From contig JAFWGI010000016.1 in NCBI GenBank assembly GCA_017512425.1, positions 636,577 to 700,576 on the forward strand: a stretch of DNA of 64,000 nt, given 5' to 3'. How positions within the stretch are numbered: position 1 is the stretch's first letter; every line of letters begins with the position of its first letter. The notes beneath the pieces are model-generated. The model was not told where the DNA came from. It saw only the letters and a program-made list of their open reading frames with translations, and did not search any database. Positions 53,495-64,000 of this stretch are shown here, piece after piece. The translations under genes were made by a program, and so were the position numbers. The stretch is from Hyphomicrobium sp. Its GTDB lineage: Bacteria > Pseudomonadota > Alphaproteobacteria > Rhizobiales > Hyphomicrobiaceae.

Positions 53495-56400
53495 ATGAGC
53501 GAAGGTTATCTTCCCCCCCTCGAAGACGAAGCCGGCGACAATCCGGCCCGGCCGTCCGCCCAGGGCATGTTCGATCCGGGCATCCAGCACGACGCGTGCG
53601 GCGTCGGCTTCATCGCGGACATGAAGGGAAGAAAATCGCATCGCATCGTCGAAGACGCGCTGCGCATTCTCGAAAATCTCGAACATCGCGGTGCCGTTGG
53701 CGCCGACCCGTTGTCCGGCGATGGCGCCGGTATCCTCATTCAAATTCCGCACGACTTTCTCGTCACGGAAACGAAAGCACTTGGCTTCACGCTGCCGGAG
53801 CCCGGCAAGTACGCGGTCGGCCATGTTTTCATGCCGTCGGATGAGCGTCTGCGTGCGCATTGCGAACGCGTGTGGGAACGCTGCCTGAAGGAAGAAGGAT
53901 TGGTGCTGCTCGGCTGGCGTTCCGTGCCGGTCGACAACTCGTGCCTCTCCGACATGGTGCGCGGCGTCGAACCCGTACATCGTCAAGTCTTCATCGGGCG
54001 TCCCGCCGACGTCACTTCGCAGGATGACTTCGAACGCGGTCTCTATCTTGTCCGCAAGGTCGTCTCGAACGCGATCCATAACGCGTACAAGGGCCGCGAC
54101 ATCGGCCACTACACCGTGTCGCTATCTACGCGCACACTCGTCTACAAGGGCATGTTCCTGTCGTATCAGGTCAAGGCCTACTACAACGACTTGTCGGACA
54201 CGCGGCTGACGTCGGCGCTCGCGCTCGTCCACCAGCGATTTTCGACGAATACCTTCCCGTCGTGGAAGCTCGCGCATCCCTATCGCATGGTCGCGCACAA
54301 CGGCGAAATCAACACGCTGCGCGGCAACGTCAACTGGATGGCCGCGCGTCAGGCATCCGTGTCGTCGCCGCTGTTCGGTGACGACATCTCGAAGCTCTGG
54401 CCGATCTCATACGAAGGCCAGTCTGATACCGCGTGCTTCGACAACGCCCTCGAATTCCTGACGATGGGCGGGTATTCGCTGAGCCACGCCGCGATGATGC
54501 TGATCCCGGAAGCCTGGGCCGGCAACCCGACGATGGATAGCAATCGCCGCGCCTTTTACGAATATCATGCGTGCTTGATGGAGCCGTGGGACGGCCCGGC
54601 TGCCATGACGTTCACCGACGGCCGCCAGATCGGCGCGACGCTCGATCGCAACGGATTGCGGCCGGCGCGTTATCTCGTGACCAAGGACGACGTGGTGATC
54701 ATGTCGTCGGAGTCGGGCGTGCTTCCGGTTGCCGAAGAAAACATCGTCAAGAAGTGGCGCCTTCAGCCCGGCAAGATGCTGCTCATCGACCTCGAAAAAG
54801 GTTGCATCATCTCGGACGAGGAACTGAAAGCCGAAATCGCCGCGAGCCATCCTTATGATGTCTGGTTGAAGCGGACGCAGATCAAGGTTTCCGACCTGCC
54901 GTTGCCCGCAAAGTCGGCCGCGGCAGCGAAGTCGAACGTCGGTCTGTTGGATTTGCAGCAAGCGTTCGGCTACACGCAGGAAAGCACCAAGTTTTTGATG
55001 ACGCCGATGGCCGAAAGCGGCCAGGAAGCCGTCGGCTCGATGGGAACCGACACGCCAATCGCGGCGCTGTCGTCGAAGTCGAAGCTGCTTCACACCTACT
55101 TCAAGCAGAACTTCGCGCAGGTCACGAACCCGCCGATCGACTCGATCCGCGAAGAGATCGTGATGAGCCTCGTGTCGTTCATCGGGCCGCGTCCGAACCT
55201 GCTCGATCTCGAAGGCACGTCGAAAGAGAAGCGCCTCGAAGTCGATCAACCGATCCTGTCGAACGAAGATCTTGAGCGCATTCGCGGCATCGGCGCCGTC
55301 AAGGACAACAACTTCGCGTCCGTTACGATCGACATCACGTATCCGGCCGACAAGGGCGAAGCCGGCATGGGACCGGCGCTCGATTGCGTCTGCGCGGAAG
55401 CCGAGGAATACGTCCGCACGAACGAATACAATATCATCATTCTGTCCGACCGCGCGGCCGGCCCGGATCGCATTCCGATCCCGTCGCTGCTCGCGACGTC
55501 AGCTGTGCATCACCACTTGATCAAGCAGGGCCTACGGACGTCCGTCGGTCTCGTTGTTGAGACCGGTGAAGCGCACGAAGTGCATCAGTTCTGCACGCTC
55601 GCAGGATACGGTGCCGAAGCGATCAACCCTTATCTCGCCTTCGAAACGCTTTACACGATGTTGCCGGACCTGCCGGAAGGCACGACCAAGGACGACGTCA
55701 AGAAGCGCTTCATCAAGGCGATCGGCAAAGCCATCATGAAGGTGATGGCGAAGATGGGCATCTCGACCTATCAGTCGTACTGCGGCGCGCAGATTTTCGA
55801 CGCCGTCGGTTTGCGGTCATCGTTCGTCAACAAGTACTTTACCGGCACGCACACGCAGGTCGAAGGCATCGGCTTGCGCGAAGTCGCTCGCGAAACGGTT
55901 GACCGCCACACGGCTGCGTTCGGTGACGTGCCCGTGCTCAGCAACGCGCTCGAAGTCGGCGGCGAATACGCCTTCCGCATTCGTGGCGAAGCCCACATGT
56001 GGCGCCCCGGCACGGTGGCCGATCTCCAGCACGCCGTCCGCGGCGGCGACAACAAGGACGCGATGAGCGGCAAGGTTCCGCAGAAGTATCGCGACTTCGC
56101 GAAGTCGATCAACGATCAGTCCGAACAACTCATGACGCTGCGCGGCATGTTCCGTCTGCGCTCGCCGGAAAGCTTCGGCCGCAAAGCCATCCCGCTCGAG
56201 GACGTCGAACCAGCAGCCTCGATCGTCAAGCGCTTCTCAACCGGCGCGATGAGCTACGGTTCGATCTCGCGCGAAGCCCACACCACGCTGGCCATCGCCA
56301 TGAACCGTATCGGCGGCCGCTCGAACACCGGTGAAGGCGGCGAAGAGGCTGACCGCTTCAAGCCGATGTCGAACGGCGACAGCATGCGCTCGGCGATCAA

Positions 56401-58225
56401 GCAGGTTGCCTCGGGGCGCTTCGGCGTGACAACGGAATACCTCGCCAACTCCGACATGATGCAAATCAAGATGGCGCAGGGCGCAAAGCCCGGCGAAGGC
56501 GGTCAGTTGCCCGGCCACAAGGTCGACGCGACGATTGCTAAGGTCCGCCACTCGACACCGGGCGTCGGCCTGATCTCGCCACCGCCACATCACGACATCT
56601 ACTCGATCGAAGATCTCGCGCAGCTCATTTATGACCTGAAGAACGTCAATCCGAAAGCTGACGTGTCGGTGAAGCTTGTTTCCGAAGTCGGCGTTGGCAC
56701 AGTTGCTGCCGGCGTTGCCAAGGCGCGCGCCGACCACGTCACGATCTCGGGCTTTGAAGGCGGCACGGGCGCGTCGCCGCTCACCTCGATCAAACACGCA
56801 GGATCGCCTTGGGAAATCGGCCTTGCCGAAACGCACCAGACGCTCGTCGGCAACCGCTTGCGCGGCCGTATCGCCGTGCAAGTTGATGGTGGATTGCGCA
56901 CCGGCCGCGACGTCGTCGTTGGCGCGCTGCTCGGCGCCGACGAGTTCGGCTTTGCAACGGCGCCGCTGATCGCGGCCGGATGCATTATGATGCGCAAGTG
57001 CCATCTCAACACGTGTCCAGTTGGCGTCGCGACACAAGACCCGCAGTTGCGCGCCAAGTTCACCGGCAAGCCAGAGCACGTCATCAACTACTTCTTCTAC
57101 GTCGCCGAAGAAGTCCGCGAGATCATGGCGCAGCTTGGCTTCCGCACGTTCAGTGAAATGGTCGGCCAGTCGGACGTTCTCGATAAGGATCGCGCCATCG
57201 AACACTGGAAGGCGCGCGGCCTCGACTTCTCGAAACTGTTCCATAAGCCGGTTGCGCCGAAGGGCGTCGCAATCTTCCACAGTGAGCGCCAGGATCACGG
57301 GCTTGAGAAGGTTCTCGATGTTACGATGATCGAGCTTGCGAAGCCGGCGCTTGAAAACAAGAAGCCGGTGAAGGCTGAAGTTGCGATCACCAATGTCAAC
57401 CGCTCGGCCGGCGCGATGTTGTCGGGCCAGGTCGCGAAGCGCTTCGGTCATGCTGGATTGCCGGAAGATACGATCTGGATGTCGCTCAAGGGTACGGCCG
57501 GTCAGGCGTTCGGCGCGTGGGTCGCGGCCGGCGTTACGCTCGATCTTTGCGGCGAAGGCAACGACTATGTCGGCAAGGGATTGTCGGGCGGCAAGATCAT
57601 TGTGCGCCCTGATCCGAAATCCGGCATTAAGCCCGAAGACAGCATCATCGTTGGCAACACCGTGCTCTACGGCGCAATCAACGGCGAATGCTATTTCCGC
57701 GGCGTGGCCGGCGAACGCTTCGCCGTTCGCAACTCCGGCGCATCGGCGGTCGTCGAAGGCACTGGCGATCACGGCTGCGAATACATGACGGGCGGCGTTG
57801 TCGTCGTACTCGGTCCGACGGGGCGCAACTTCGCAGCCGGCATGTCCGGCGGCATTGCTTACGTCCTCGATGAGAAAGGCGACTTCGAGAGCCGTCTCAA
57901 CAAGGAGATGGTGCAGCTGGAAGTGATCGACGCCGATCCCGGCTCGCTCAAGAAACTGACGAAGCAGAGCGGCGATGTCGCCGTTTCCCTGCAGACGGTC
58001 ATGGGCGACATGCGCGAGCAGGACATCGAGCGCCTGCACGCATTGATCTCGCGTCACGCCCATTACACCAACTCTCAGACGGCGCAGAAAATCCTGAAGG
58101 ACTTCCCGGCCTATCTGCCGAAGTTCCGCAAGGTCATGCCGACTGAATACCGCCGCGCTCTTGCCGATCTCGCGAAAGCAAAATTGGCCGGTGCAGACAT
58201 CAGCGGTCCGGCCGCCAAGCAGTAA
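53495..58225 (+). CDS. gltB: Glutamate synthase (NADPH) large subunit
   Basis: It is 1576 aa. It has an N-terminal amidotransferase region ([14 protein letters not shown]), an FMN/Fe-S region ([22 protein letters not shown]) and a C-terminal GXGXG domain. Confidence 0.97.
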   Translation: MSEGYLPPLEDEAGDNPARPSAQGMFDPGIQHDACGVGFIADMKGRKSHRIVEDALRILENLEHRGAVGADPLSGDGAGILIQIPHDFLVTETKALGFTLPEPGKYAVGHVFMPSDERLRAHCERVWERCLKEEGLVLLGWRSVPVDNSCLSDMVRGVEPVHRQVFIGRPADVTSQDDFERGLYLVRKVVSNAIHNAYKGRDIGHYTVSLSTRTLVYKGMFLSYQVKAYYNDLSDTRLTSALALVHQRFSTNTFPSWKLAHPYRMVAHNGEINTLRGNVNWMAARQASVSSPLFGDDISKLWPISYEGQSDTACFDNALEFLTMGGYSLSHAAMMLIPEAWAGNPTMDSNRRAFYEYHACLMEPWDGPAAMTFTDGRQIGATLDRNGLRPARYLVTKDDVVIMSSESGVLPVAEENIVKKWRLQPGKMLLIDLEKGCIISDEELKAEIAASHPYDVWLKRTQIKVSDLPLPAKSAAAAKSNVGLLDLQQAFGYTQESTKFLMTPMAESGQEAVGSMGTDTPIAALSSKSKLLHTYFKQNFAQVTNPPIDSIREEIVMSLVSFIGPRPNLLDLEGTSKEKRLEVDQPILSNEDLERIRGIGAVKDNNFASVTIDITYPADKGEAGMGPALDCVCAEAEEYVRTNEYNIIILSDRAAGPDRIPIPSLLATSAVHHHLIKQGLRTSVGLVVETGEAHEVHQFCTLAGYGAEAINPYLAFETLYTMLPDLPEGTTKDDVKKRFIKAIGKAIMKVMAKMGISTYQSYCGAQIFDAVGLRSSFVNKYFTGTHTQVEGIGLREVARETVDRHTAAFGDVPVLSNALEVGGEYAFRIRGEAHMWRPGTVADLQHAVRGGDNKDAMSGKVPQKYRDFAKSINDQSEQLMTLRGMFRLRSPESFGRKAIPLEDVEPAASIVKRFSTGAMSYGSISREAHTTLAIAMNRIGGRSNTGEGGEEADRFKPMSNGDSMRSAIKQVASGRFGVTTEYLANSDMMQIKMAQGAKPGEGGQLPGHKVDATIAKVRHSTPGVGLISPPPHHDIYSIEDLAQLIYDLKNVNPKADVSVKLVSEVGVGTVAAGVAKARADHVTISGFEGGTGASPLTSIKHAGSPWEIGLAETHQTLVGNRLRGRIAVQVDGGLRTGRDVVVGALLGADEFGFATAPLIAAGCIMMRKCHLNTCPVGVATQDPQLRAKFTGKPEHVINYFFYVAEEVREIMAQLGFRTFSEMVGQSDVLDKDRAIEHWKARGLDFSKLFHKPVAPKGVAIFHSERQDHGLEKVLDVTMIELAKPALENKKPVKAEVAITNVNRSAGAMLSGQVAKRFGHAGLPEDTIWMSLKGTAGQAFGAWVAAGVTLDLCGEGNDYVGKGLSGGKIIVRPDPKSGIKPEDSIIVGNTVLYGAINGECYFRGVAGERFAVRNSGASAVVEGTGDHGCEYMTGGVVVVLGPTGRNFAAGMSGGIAYVLDEKGDFESRLNKEMVQLEVIDADPGSLKKLTKQSGDVAVSLQTVMGDMREQDIERLHALISRHAHYTNSQTAQKILKDFPAYLPKFRKVMPTEYRRALADLAKAKLAGADISGPAAKQ

Positions 58226-58295
58226 TTCGCTTCACCGATTGTGGAATAATCGCCAGGGGCATAAGCGCCGTTGGCAGGGATAGCAAGAGACGACG

Positions 58296-59735
58296 ATGGG
58301 CAAGCCGACGGGATTTCTCGAACTCGACCGCCAAGACCGGACCTATAAGCCGGTCGACGAGCGCCTGAAGCACTACAAGGAATTTGTGGTGCCGCTGGCC
58401 GAAGGCGAGGTCAAGAAACAGGCGAGCCGCTGCATGGATTGCGGCATCCCCTATTGCCACAACGGCTGCCCGGTCAATAACCAGATCCCGGACTGGAACG
58501 ACCTCGTCTATCACAGCGACTGGAAAGAGGCGTCCGACAACCTGCACTCGACGAACAACTTCCCCGAAGTGACGGGACGCGTTTGCCCGGCGCCGTGCGA
58601 AGCAGCCTGCACGCTGAACATCGACGACAAGCCGGTCACGATCAAAACCATCGAATACTCGATTGCCGAACGCGCCTGGTCGGAAGGCTGGGTCCAACCG
58701 CAGCCGCCGGAAAAAAAGACCGGCAAGAAAGTTGCGATCATCGGCTCTGGCCCTGCGGGTCTTGCGGCCGCTCAGCAGCTCGCCCGCGCAGGCCATGACG
58801 TCCATGTGTACGAAAAGAGCCAGCGCCCCGGCGGTCTGCTGGTCTACGGCATTCCCGACTTCAAAATGGAAAAGGACATCATCGCGCGCCGCGTCAAGCA
58901 GATGGAAGCCGAAGGCGTGACGTTCCATTGCGGCGTGCACGTCGGTCAGGATTTGTCTGCAAAGTACTTGGAATCGAAGCACGACGCGGTGCTGCTCGCG
59001 ACAGGCTCGGAACATCCGTTCGACTTTTTTGCCAAGTCACCTGGCCGCGACCTCGACGGCATCCATTACGCGATGGATTTCCTGCCGCAGCAGAACAAGC
59101 GGGTTGCCGGCGAAGCGCAGACACCAAAGACGCAGGAGCTTTCCGCGACCGGCAAGCATGTCGTCGTCATCGGCGGCGGCGACACCGGCAGCGACTGCAT
59201 TGGCACGTCGTTCCGGCAGGGTGCCAAGAGCGTCACGCAGCTTGAAATCATGCCGATGCCGCCGGAAAAAGAGAACAAGGCGCTCAACTGGCCGAACTGG
59301 CCGATGAAGCTGCGCATTTCGTCCTCGCAGGCCGAAGGCGCGAAGACCGAATATTCGATCTCGACGACCGGCTTCTCGGGCGAAGGCGGCAAGGTCAAGA
59401 AGCTGCATTACACGCGCGTCAACGCCAACATGGCACCGATCAAAGGTACGGAAGGTACGCTCGACGCCGACCTCGTGCTGTTCGCGATGGGCTTCTCCGG
59501 TCCGATTGAAAACGATGTCGTCAAGGAATTAGCTTTGCCGGTCGTCGCCCGCGGCCGCTTCAAAGGTCTCGACGCCACCGACAAAGACTACAAGTTGCCA
59601 GTATCGTCGAAGCTGTTCTGCGCTGGCGACATTCGCCGCGGTCAGTCGCTTGTCGTCTGGGCGATCCGCGAAGGCCGGCAGGCGGCGCACGCCATCGACA
59701 AATACCTGATGGGCACGACGACGCTGCCGCGGTGA
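58296..59735 (+). CDS. gltD: Glutamate synthase small subunit
   Basis: It has Fe-S cysteines ([15 protein letters not shown]) and dinucleotide folds [14 protein letters not shown] and [13 protein letters not shown]. Confidence 0.96.
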   Translation: MGKPTGFLELDRQDRTYKPVDERLKHYKEFVVPLAEGEVKKQASRCMDCGIPYCHNGCPVNNQIPDWNDLVYHSDWKEASDNLHSTNNFPEVTGRVCPAPCEAACTLNIDDKPVTIKTIEYSIAERAWSEGWVQPQPPEKKTGKKVAIIGSGPAGLAAAQQLARAGHDVHVYEKSQRPGGLLVYGIPDFKMEKDIIARRVKQMEAEGVTFHCGVHVGQDLSAKYLESKHDAVLLATGSEHPFDFFAKSPGRDLDGIHYAMDFLPQQNKRVAGEAQTPKTQELSATGKHVVVIGGGDTGSDCIGTSFRQGAKSVTQLEIMPMPPEKENKALNWPNWPMKLRISSSQAEGAKTEYSISTTGFSGEGGKVKKLHYTRVNANMAPIKGTEGTLDADLVLFAMGFSGPIENDVVKELALPVVARGRFKGLDATDKDYKLPVSSKLFCAGDIRRGQSLVVWAIREGRQAAHAIDKYLMGTTTLPR

Positions 59736-60322
59736 GGCGCGGCCCAGCCAAGCATGGCATGCCGCCGGTTGGCGCGCGCGATGCACGGCTGCTTATTCTT
59801 GGATCTCTGCCGGGTGATGAATCGATCCTGCAGCAGCAGTACTACGCGCATCCGCAAAATCAGTTCTGGCGCATTCTCTGCGCCGTCTTCGACGCACCGT
59901 TCACAACGGCCTACGCCGAGCGCCTTGCACTACTTGATAGGCAGCATATTGCCGTGTGGGATGTGGTACACAAGGCCACCCGCCCAGGCAGTCTCGACGC
60001 TGCGATCACTGCGCCGGTCGCCAATGACTTTCTGGCGTTCTTCACAGCGCACCCGCACATCAGGACAATCGCCTTCAACGGCCAAAAGGCAGCCGGTTTG
60101 TTCAAGTCATGCGTCGCCGATGCGGACGTTATCGCGCTGACAGTGCACATACCGAAATTCACGTTGCCGTCCACGAGCCCCGCAGCGGCGACGCTGAAAC
60201 TGGATGAGAAAATCGAAAAATGGCGCGCGTTTCTGATGGCTGACGCGAACGGTCTCAGCCCGGCGGGGAAGTCGGCGACGCCTCAGGCGGCGCGACGCGC
60301 TGGCTCGACCGGTCTCCGCTAA
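59732..60322 (+). CDS. DNA-deoxyinosine (hypoxanthine) glycosylase, UDG family 6
   Basis: [30 protein letters not shown] is typical of family-6 UDGs. The GTG start overlaps the gltD stop (GTGA); an alternative ATG lies at 59759. Confidence 0.75.
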   Translation: MRRGPAKHGMPPVGARDARLLILGSLPGDESILQQQYYAHPQNQFWRILCAVFDAPFTTAYAERLALLDRQHIAVWDVVHKATRPGSLDAAITAPVANDFLAFFTAHPHIRTIAFNGQKAAGLFKSCVADADVIALTVHIPKFTLPSTSPAAATLKLDEKIEKWRAFLMADANGLSPAGKSATPQAARRAGSTGLR

Positions 60323-61622
60323 CCGGCCACGCAACGTCGTCGGCGCGGCCCGGCTTCGGTGGCAATCGCTCACCCTTCACGAGCAATCGAAAATACGGCG
60401 CTTGCGTCGGCGACATCCGGCCCTTGGCTTGCGTGCTGCTCGGGGCGATCGACGTCATCAGCGTCAGCCCGCCGGCGATCTGATCGACGAGCAAATCACC
60501 AGCCTGACCCGCGCTTTCGCGTCGTGCCATCAGTTGTACGACCGTTGCCGGGATCGCGGGCCGAACAATTTCAACGGTCGTCTGCTCTTCTCGGCCGTTG
60601 CTGCCGACAACCTTCAAAGTAATCTTGCTGTTGTCGGCTTTTTGATCGCCGGATGCGTCGGTGGTTGACGCTGGCGCAGTGCCATCAGCCTTTGATCCGC
60701 GCACGATCGGTGTCTCAGCAGTTGTGCCGGGAGCGCCCGCCGCAACGGGAGACGACGGCGCTGGCGCCTTATTGGCGTTATCCGGATTGATCTTCGCCTG
60801 TTCGGCTTCAGCGCCAAGCAACGGCACGTTGCGATTGCTCTTGGCCTGATTGAGATCGCGGCGCAGATCTTTCTCGACGAAGTGGGCAAGCTTGCGATTG
60901 CCGGCTTCGGTGAAATGCACGCCATCGCGCTCGCGCAGCACGCGGATTTTACCGGCGAGGTCGGGTCCATAAGCCGAGTACGCGCCATTTTCGTCGGCGA
61001 AAGCAGCGGCGGAATCGATGTACTTGAAGCCGTTCAAATATGCGCGCTCACGAATGGTCTCATTCATGACGAGCGCCTGCTCATTGGCTTCGACACGCGC
61101 CAGATTAGGCAACCCCACCCAATAGACGCCTGCGTTCTTGCGCTTGATCGCTTTCATCAGCCGGTCGATCCGGCGCGAATATTCCGCGACCCATTCCGGT
61201 GTCGCGACCGGAACACGGCGACCCTCGGCGTTGCGAAACGACACGCGATCGTCTTCACCCATCATCACGATCGCGATGTTCATCGGCTCAGTAGCAATCG
61301 ATGCTTCGAAGGCTTTGGCCTTCGATTCAAAATCACCGCTCATGATCGCGTAAACAGGACGCAGCTTGCGCTGGATATTCAGCCGAGTGTCGGCACCCAT
61401 CGATTCAGTGAGGCCTAATAAAATGCCATCTGCGAACGTGTCGCCGATCACGGTCACCTGATAGATATCACCATCCGGAAACGGGTTGAGAAACGTCACA
61501 CCGGCATCGTCGTCCACGGCATGCGCGTCGCGCACAAAACTTCCGGCCAGCGGCACGGCCGCGAGCGCCGCGAGCACGGCTGCGGCACATAAAAAGCGAA
61601 ACGGATGAGGGCCGATGCGCAT
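60255..61622 (-). CDS. Exported SGNH/GDSL-type hydrolase (DUF459-like) with a Pro/Ala-rich C-terminal half
   Basis: It has a signal peptide, block I VTVIGDTFADG and block V DGVHFTEAGNRKLAHF. The 3' end overlaps the convergent UDG gene by 68 nt. Confidence 0.75.
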   Translation of the reverse strand: MRIGPHPFRFLCAAAVLAALAAVPLAGSFVRDAHAVDDDAGVTFLNPFPDGDIYQVTVIGDTFADGILLGLTESMGADTRLNIQRKLRPVYAIMSGDFESKAKAFEASIATEPMNIAIVMMGEDDRVSFRNAEGRRVPVATPEWVAEYSRRIDRLMKAIKRKNAGVYWVGLPNLARVEANEQALVMNETIRERAYLNGFKYIDSAAAFADENGAYSAYGPDLAGKIRVLRERDGVHFTEAGNRKLAHFVEKDLRRDLNQAKSNRNVPLLGAEAEQAKINPDNANKAPAPSSPVAAGAPGTTAETPIVRGSKADGTAPASTTDASGDQKADNSKITLKVVGSNGREEQTTVEIVRPAIPATVVQLMARRESAGQAGDLLVDQIAGGLTLMTSIAPSSTQAKGRMSPTQAPYFRLLVKGERLPPKPGRADDVAWPVSGDRSSQRVAPPEASPTSPPG

Positions 61623-61708
61623 GTCTGCCTTGTTGAAGATATTGCCTGACGGCAAATCACTGCGGCAATCTAATCGCTCTTAAACCGTGCTCCAAGCGCC
61701 AAACGCGA

Positions 61709-62977
61709 TTAGCGCCCAACTGCTGCGTTGGCATTGGCGTTTGCGTGTGCCAGCACGCCGTCCGACGGCCAGCAATCGATCGTGATTCCATTCGCTTTTT
61801 GATAGAGGCCGATTTGCTTGCGCGTATTCGACCCGATCTTGCCGTCGATCTTGTCCATCGGATAGCCGAGCGCCTGCAGGCGCTGCTGCAGATCGTGGAC
61901 AGTCAGCGTTTTCGGCTGCGCGAACGATTTCCACGGCGTTGCGAAATCGCCGCCACCGCGGATGCGGTCAGCCAGATGGCCAACGAACAACGCGTAGAGG
62001 TCAGACGTGTTGTAGAGGCGGATCACCTTGAAGTTTTCGGGCGCCAGGAATGCAGGTCCATAAGCGCCGGCCGGCATCATCAGATAAGCGACTTGCTGCA
62101 ACTCGGCCGCCGAGAATGCTTTCTTTTTCGCTGGCGTATAGCCCATCGCAACCCATTCGGAGATCGGCCGCGCGTCCGGCGGGCCTTCCAGCGAGCAATT
62201 GGCTTTTGGGCCAGCGATCACCTCATATCCCCACATCTCACCGCGCACCCAGCCTTTGCCTTGTAGCTGGCGCGCGGCGGAGGCGAGCGCATCGGGGATC
62301 GAGCGCCAAAGATCGGTCTTTCCGTCACCGTCACCGTCTGCGGCGTGTTTGAAATACTCCGTTGGCATGAACTGCGTCAGACCCACGGCGCCGGCCCACG
62401 ACGACTTCATGTCCGAGCGCGGCACGCCGACTTCGAGCATCTTCAAAGCGGCGATGAATTCCTGACGAAACATGTCCTTGCGGCGGCCTTTGTAGGCGAG
62501 CGTCGCGAGCACGCGGATCGCGTCGTGCGGCAGCGTGTACGTGCCATAAGCCGTCTCGCGGCCCCAGATCGCGACAAGAATATACGGGTCGACGCCGCTC
62601 GCCTTTTCAATACGGCGCAACGCGGCTTCATGATCTTTGAAAAAACGGGCGCCCTGCGCTGCCATCTTTTCCATGTACGGCTTCGAAATGTAGTCGGCTG
62701 CTGTTTTGGTGAATTCGGCCTGGCCCTTGTTGTCGACCTTCGGACGACCGGCCACTTCGAGATCAGGAAGTTTGTAATCGGGTTCGAGGCCCGCGATGGC
62801 CGCATCGAACGTCTTGCGCGACACACCTTGCTGCTCGGCTTCCGGCCAAACGCCTTGCAAGAACTTCTGAAAACCTTCGTCGGCGCGCGCGGCACTCGCT
62901 GCTGCGGCGATCGAACCGGCAATCAATGCCACCCCGAGCACCAGCCTCACGGTGTGAAAAATCAAGCGATTGACCAA
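61709..62977 (-). CDS. Lytic murein transglycosylase (MltB/SLT_2 family) with a C-terminal PG-binding domain
   Basis: The motifs VAIWGRETAYG and AGAVGLTQFMP are present. The C-terminal region LQQRLQALGYPMDKIDGKIGSNTRKQIGLYQ is PG_binding_1-like. Confidence 0.88.
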   Translation of the reverse strand: MVNRLIFHTVRLVLGVALIAGSIAAAASAARADEGFQKFLQGVWPEAEQQGVSRKTFDAAIAGLEPDYKLPDLEVAGRPKVDNKGQAEFTKTAADYISKPYMEKMAAQGARFFKDHEAALRRIEKASGVDPYILVAIWGRETAYGTYTLPHDAIRVLATLAYKGRRKDMFRQEFIAALKMLEVGVPRSDMKSSWAGAVGLTQFMPTEYFKHAADGDGDGKTDLWRSIPDALASAARQLQGKGWVRGEMWGYEVIAGPKANCSLEGPPDARPISEWVAMGYTPAKKKAFSAAELQQVAYLMMPAGAYGPAFLAPENFKVIRLYNTSDLYALFVGHLADRIRGGGDFATPWKSFAQPKTLTVHDLQQRLQALGYPMDKIDGKIGSNTRKQIGLYQKANGITIDCWPSDGVLAHANANANAAVGR

Positions 62978-63059
62978 TGCGCGCTCCCGAATAGCAAAGC
63001 TTGCGGAACCTAAGCCCCGCTAACTGCCAAAGTCGTGGAAACGAGGGCTTTTTTGCGGC

Positions 63060-64000
63060 TCAGGACGCCGCTTTTAGCGCATCGACGCGTTTTTCCCAGG
63101 CGAGTGCCTGGGCGACGATCGTATCGAGGTCATCGTGCTCAGGCGTCCAGCCAAGTTCTGAGCGGATTTTGGCGGATGCAGCAACGATCGCCGCAGGATC
63201 GCCGGCGCGGCGCGGCGACAGCTTGACGTTGAAGTTTGCTCCCGACACGCGCTTCACGGCGGCGATGACTTCATGCACCGAAAAGCCCTTGGAGTAGCCG
63301 CAGTTGAAGATGTTCGATTGGCCGCCGTTGCGCAGATGCGCGAGCGCCGCCACGTGGGCACGCGCCAGATCCTTGACGTGGATATAGTCGCGGACACAGG
63401 TGCCATCCGGCGTCGGATAGTCGGTGCCGAACACCTCCATCTGCGCGCGCTTGCCGATGGCTGTTTCGCACGCGACTTTGATCAAGTGCGTCGCTTTCGG
63501 CGTCGACTGGCCCGAACGGCCCTGCGGATCGGCGCCTGCGACATTGAAGTAGCGCAGCGCGACAAATCGGAAATCGTGTGCGTTCGCGGTATCGGCGAGC
63601 ATGATCTCTGTCATCAGCTTCGACGAGCCATACGGCGACATCGGCGCCGGAGACGCCGTCTCCGTCACGGGGTTTTCCTGCGGATTGCCGTAGACCGCAG
63701 CTGTCGACGAGAAGATGAACTGTTTGACGCCAGTCTCGACCGCGCACTGGATAAGGCCACGCGATTTCGCGGTGTTGTTTGAATAGTAGTACAGCGGATC
63801 GGCGACCGACTCCGGCACGACAATCGATCCGGCGAAATGAATGATCGCCGTGACGCCATTTGCCTGGATCGTTTTCTTGACGAGGTCGGTGTCTGCGATA
63901 TCGCCAACGACAAGCGTGGCGGCCGGTGCGACGGCCCAGCGGAACCCGGTCGACAGGTTGTCGATGACGACGACGTTTTCGCCGGCGTCAACAAGTTCCA
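63060..64000 (-). CDS. galE: UDP-glucose 4-epimerase, 5' end beyond the window
   Basis: PYGSSKLMTE (YxxxK), RYFNVAGA and DGTCVRDYIHVKDLA are present. The frame stays open upstream of the track's Met (63818) to the window end (...ELVDAGENVVVIDNLSTGF...IIHFAGSIVVPESV). Confidence 0.92.
   Translation of the reverse strand, partial: ELVDAGENVVVIDNLSTGFRWAVAPAATLVVGDIADTDLVKKTIQANGVTAIIHFAGSIVVPESVADPLYYYSNNTAKSRGLIQCAVETGVKQFIFSSTAAVYGNPQENPVTETASPAPMSPYGSSKLMTEIMLADTANAHDFRFVALRYFNVAGADPQGRSGQSTPKATHLIKVACETAIGKRAQMEVFGTDYPTPDGTCVRDYIHVKDLARAHVAALAHLRNGGQSNIFNCGYSKGFSVHEVIAAVKRVSGANFNVKLSPRRAGDPAAIVAASAKIRSELGWTPEHDDLDTIVAQALAWEKRVDALKAAS

Noticed and set aside
56237-58063. 608-aa minus-strand ORF (also 53369..54109 and 54407..55249)
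   Set aside because: All three are antisense to gltB, whose identity is unambiguous. They are typical long shadow ORFs of a high-GC gene.

Overview
This is a high-GC, densely coded window that reads as alphaproteobacterial core chromosome. The lineage markers are a circularly permuted two-piece tmRNA, alpha-type SspB, CpdR, a GapR/DUF2312 protein and DUF1036 upstream of pyk. A Hyphomicrobiales-like origin is only an inference.

Gene content in order:
- a small glycan cluster (GT1, two-module GT2, flippase, GT1)
- two tandem TonB-dependent receptors, then an exported protein and exbB-exbD-tonB
- a sensor-less histidine kinase translationally coupled to a HerA/DUF87 ATPase
- manC and a DUF421 protein
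- a minus-strand run hflK-hflC-DUF2065-degP-psd-pssA-rmlC
- thyA-[GIY-YIG cassette]-folA
- CPBP protease, ssrA, sspB
- a sigma54-dependent response regulator
- an L,D-transpeptidase plus a DUF882 peptidase
- oxyR and a divergent catalase
- gapR-like, DUF1244, glycerate kinase, DUF1036, pyk
- two tiny secreted paralogs, a TPR protein, rpmJ, tRNA-Val, cpdR
- an FGase-family gene, hisN, an alpha/beta hydrolase, hsp20
- gltBD, a family-6 UDG, an SGNH/DUF459 protein, a lytic transglycosylase, galE (partial)

I found no CRISPR array, IS element, integrase or recognisable defense island.

The most unusual items are:
- two tandem sRNA-like units with a conserved CCUCCC anti-SD core and intrinsic terminators (49.8-50.1 kb)
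- a GIY-YIG ORF bracketed by perfect 30-bp inverted repeats inside the thyA-folA spacer
- the kinase-HerA pair with no NurA partner
- tandem Arg/Tyr-rich secreted mini-proteins sharing a GC-x3-GPVWFC tail

The supplied ORF track omits an edge-truncated GT1 gene, rpmJ and all RNA genes. All family calls come from reading motifs by eye; no searches were run.
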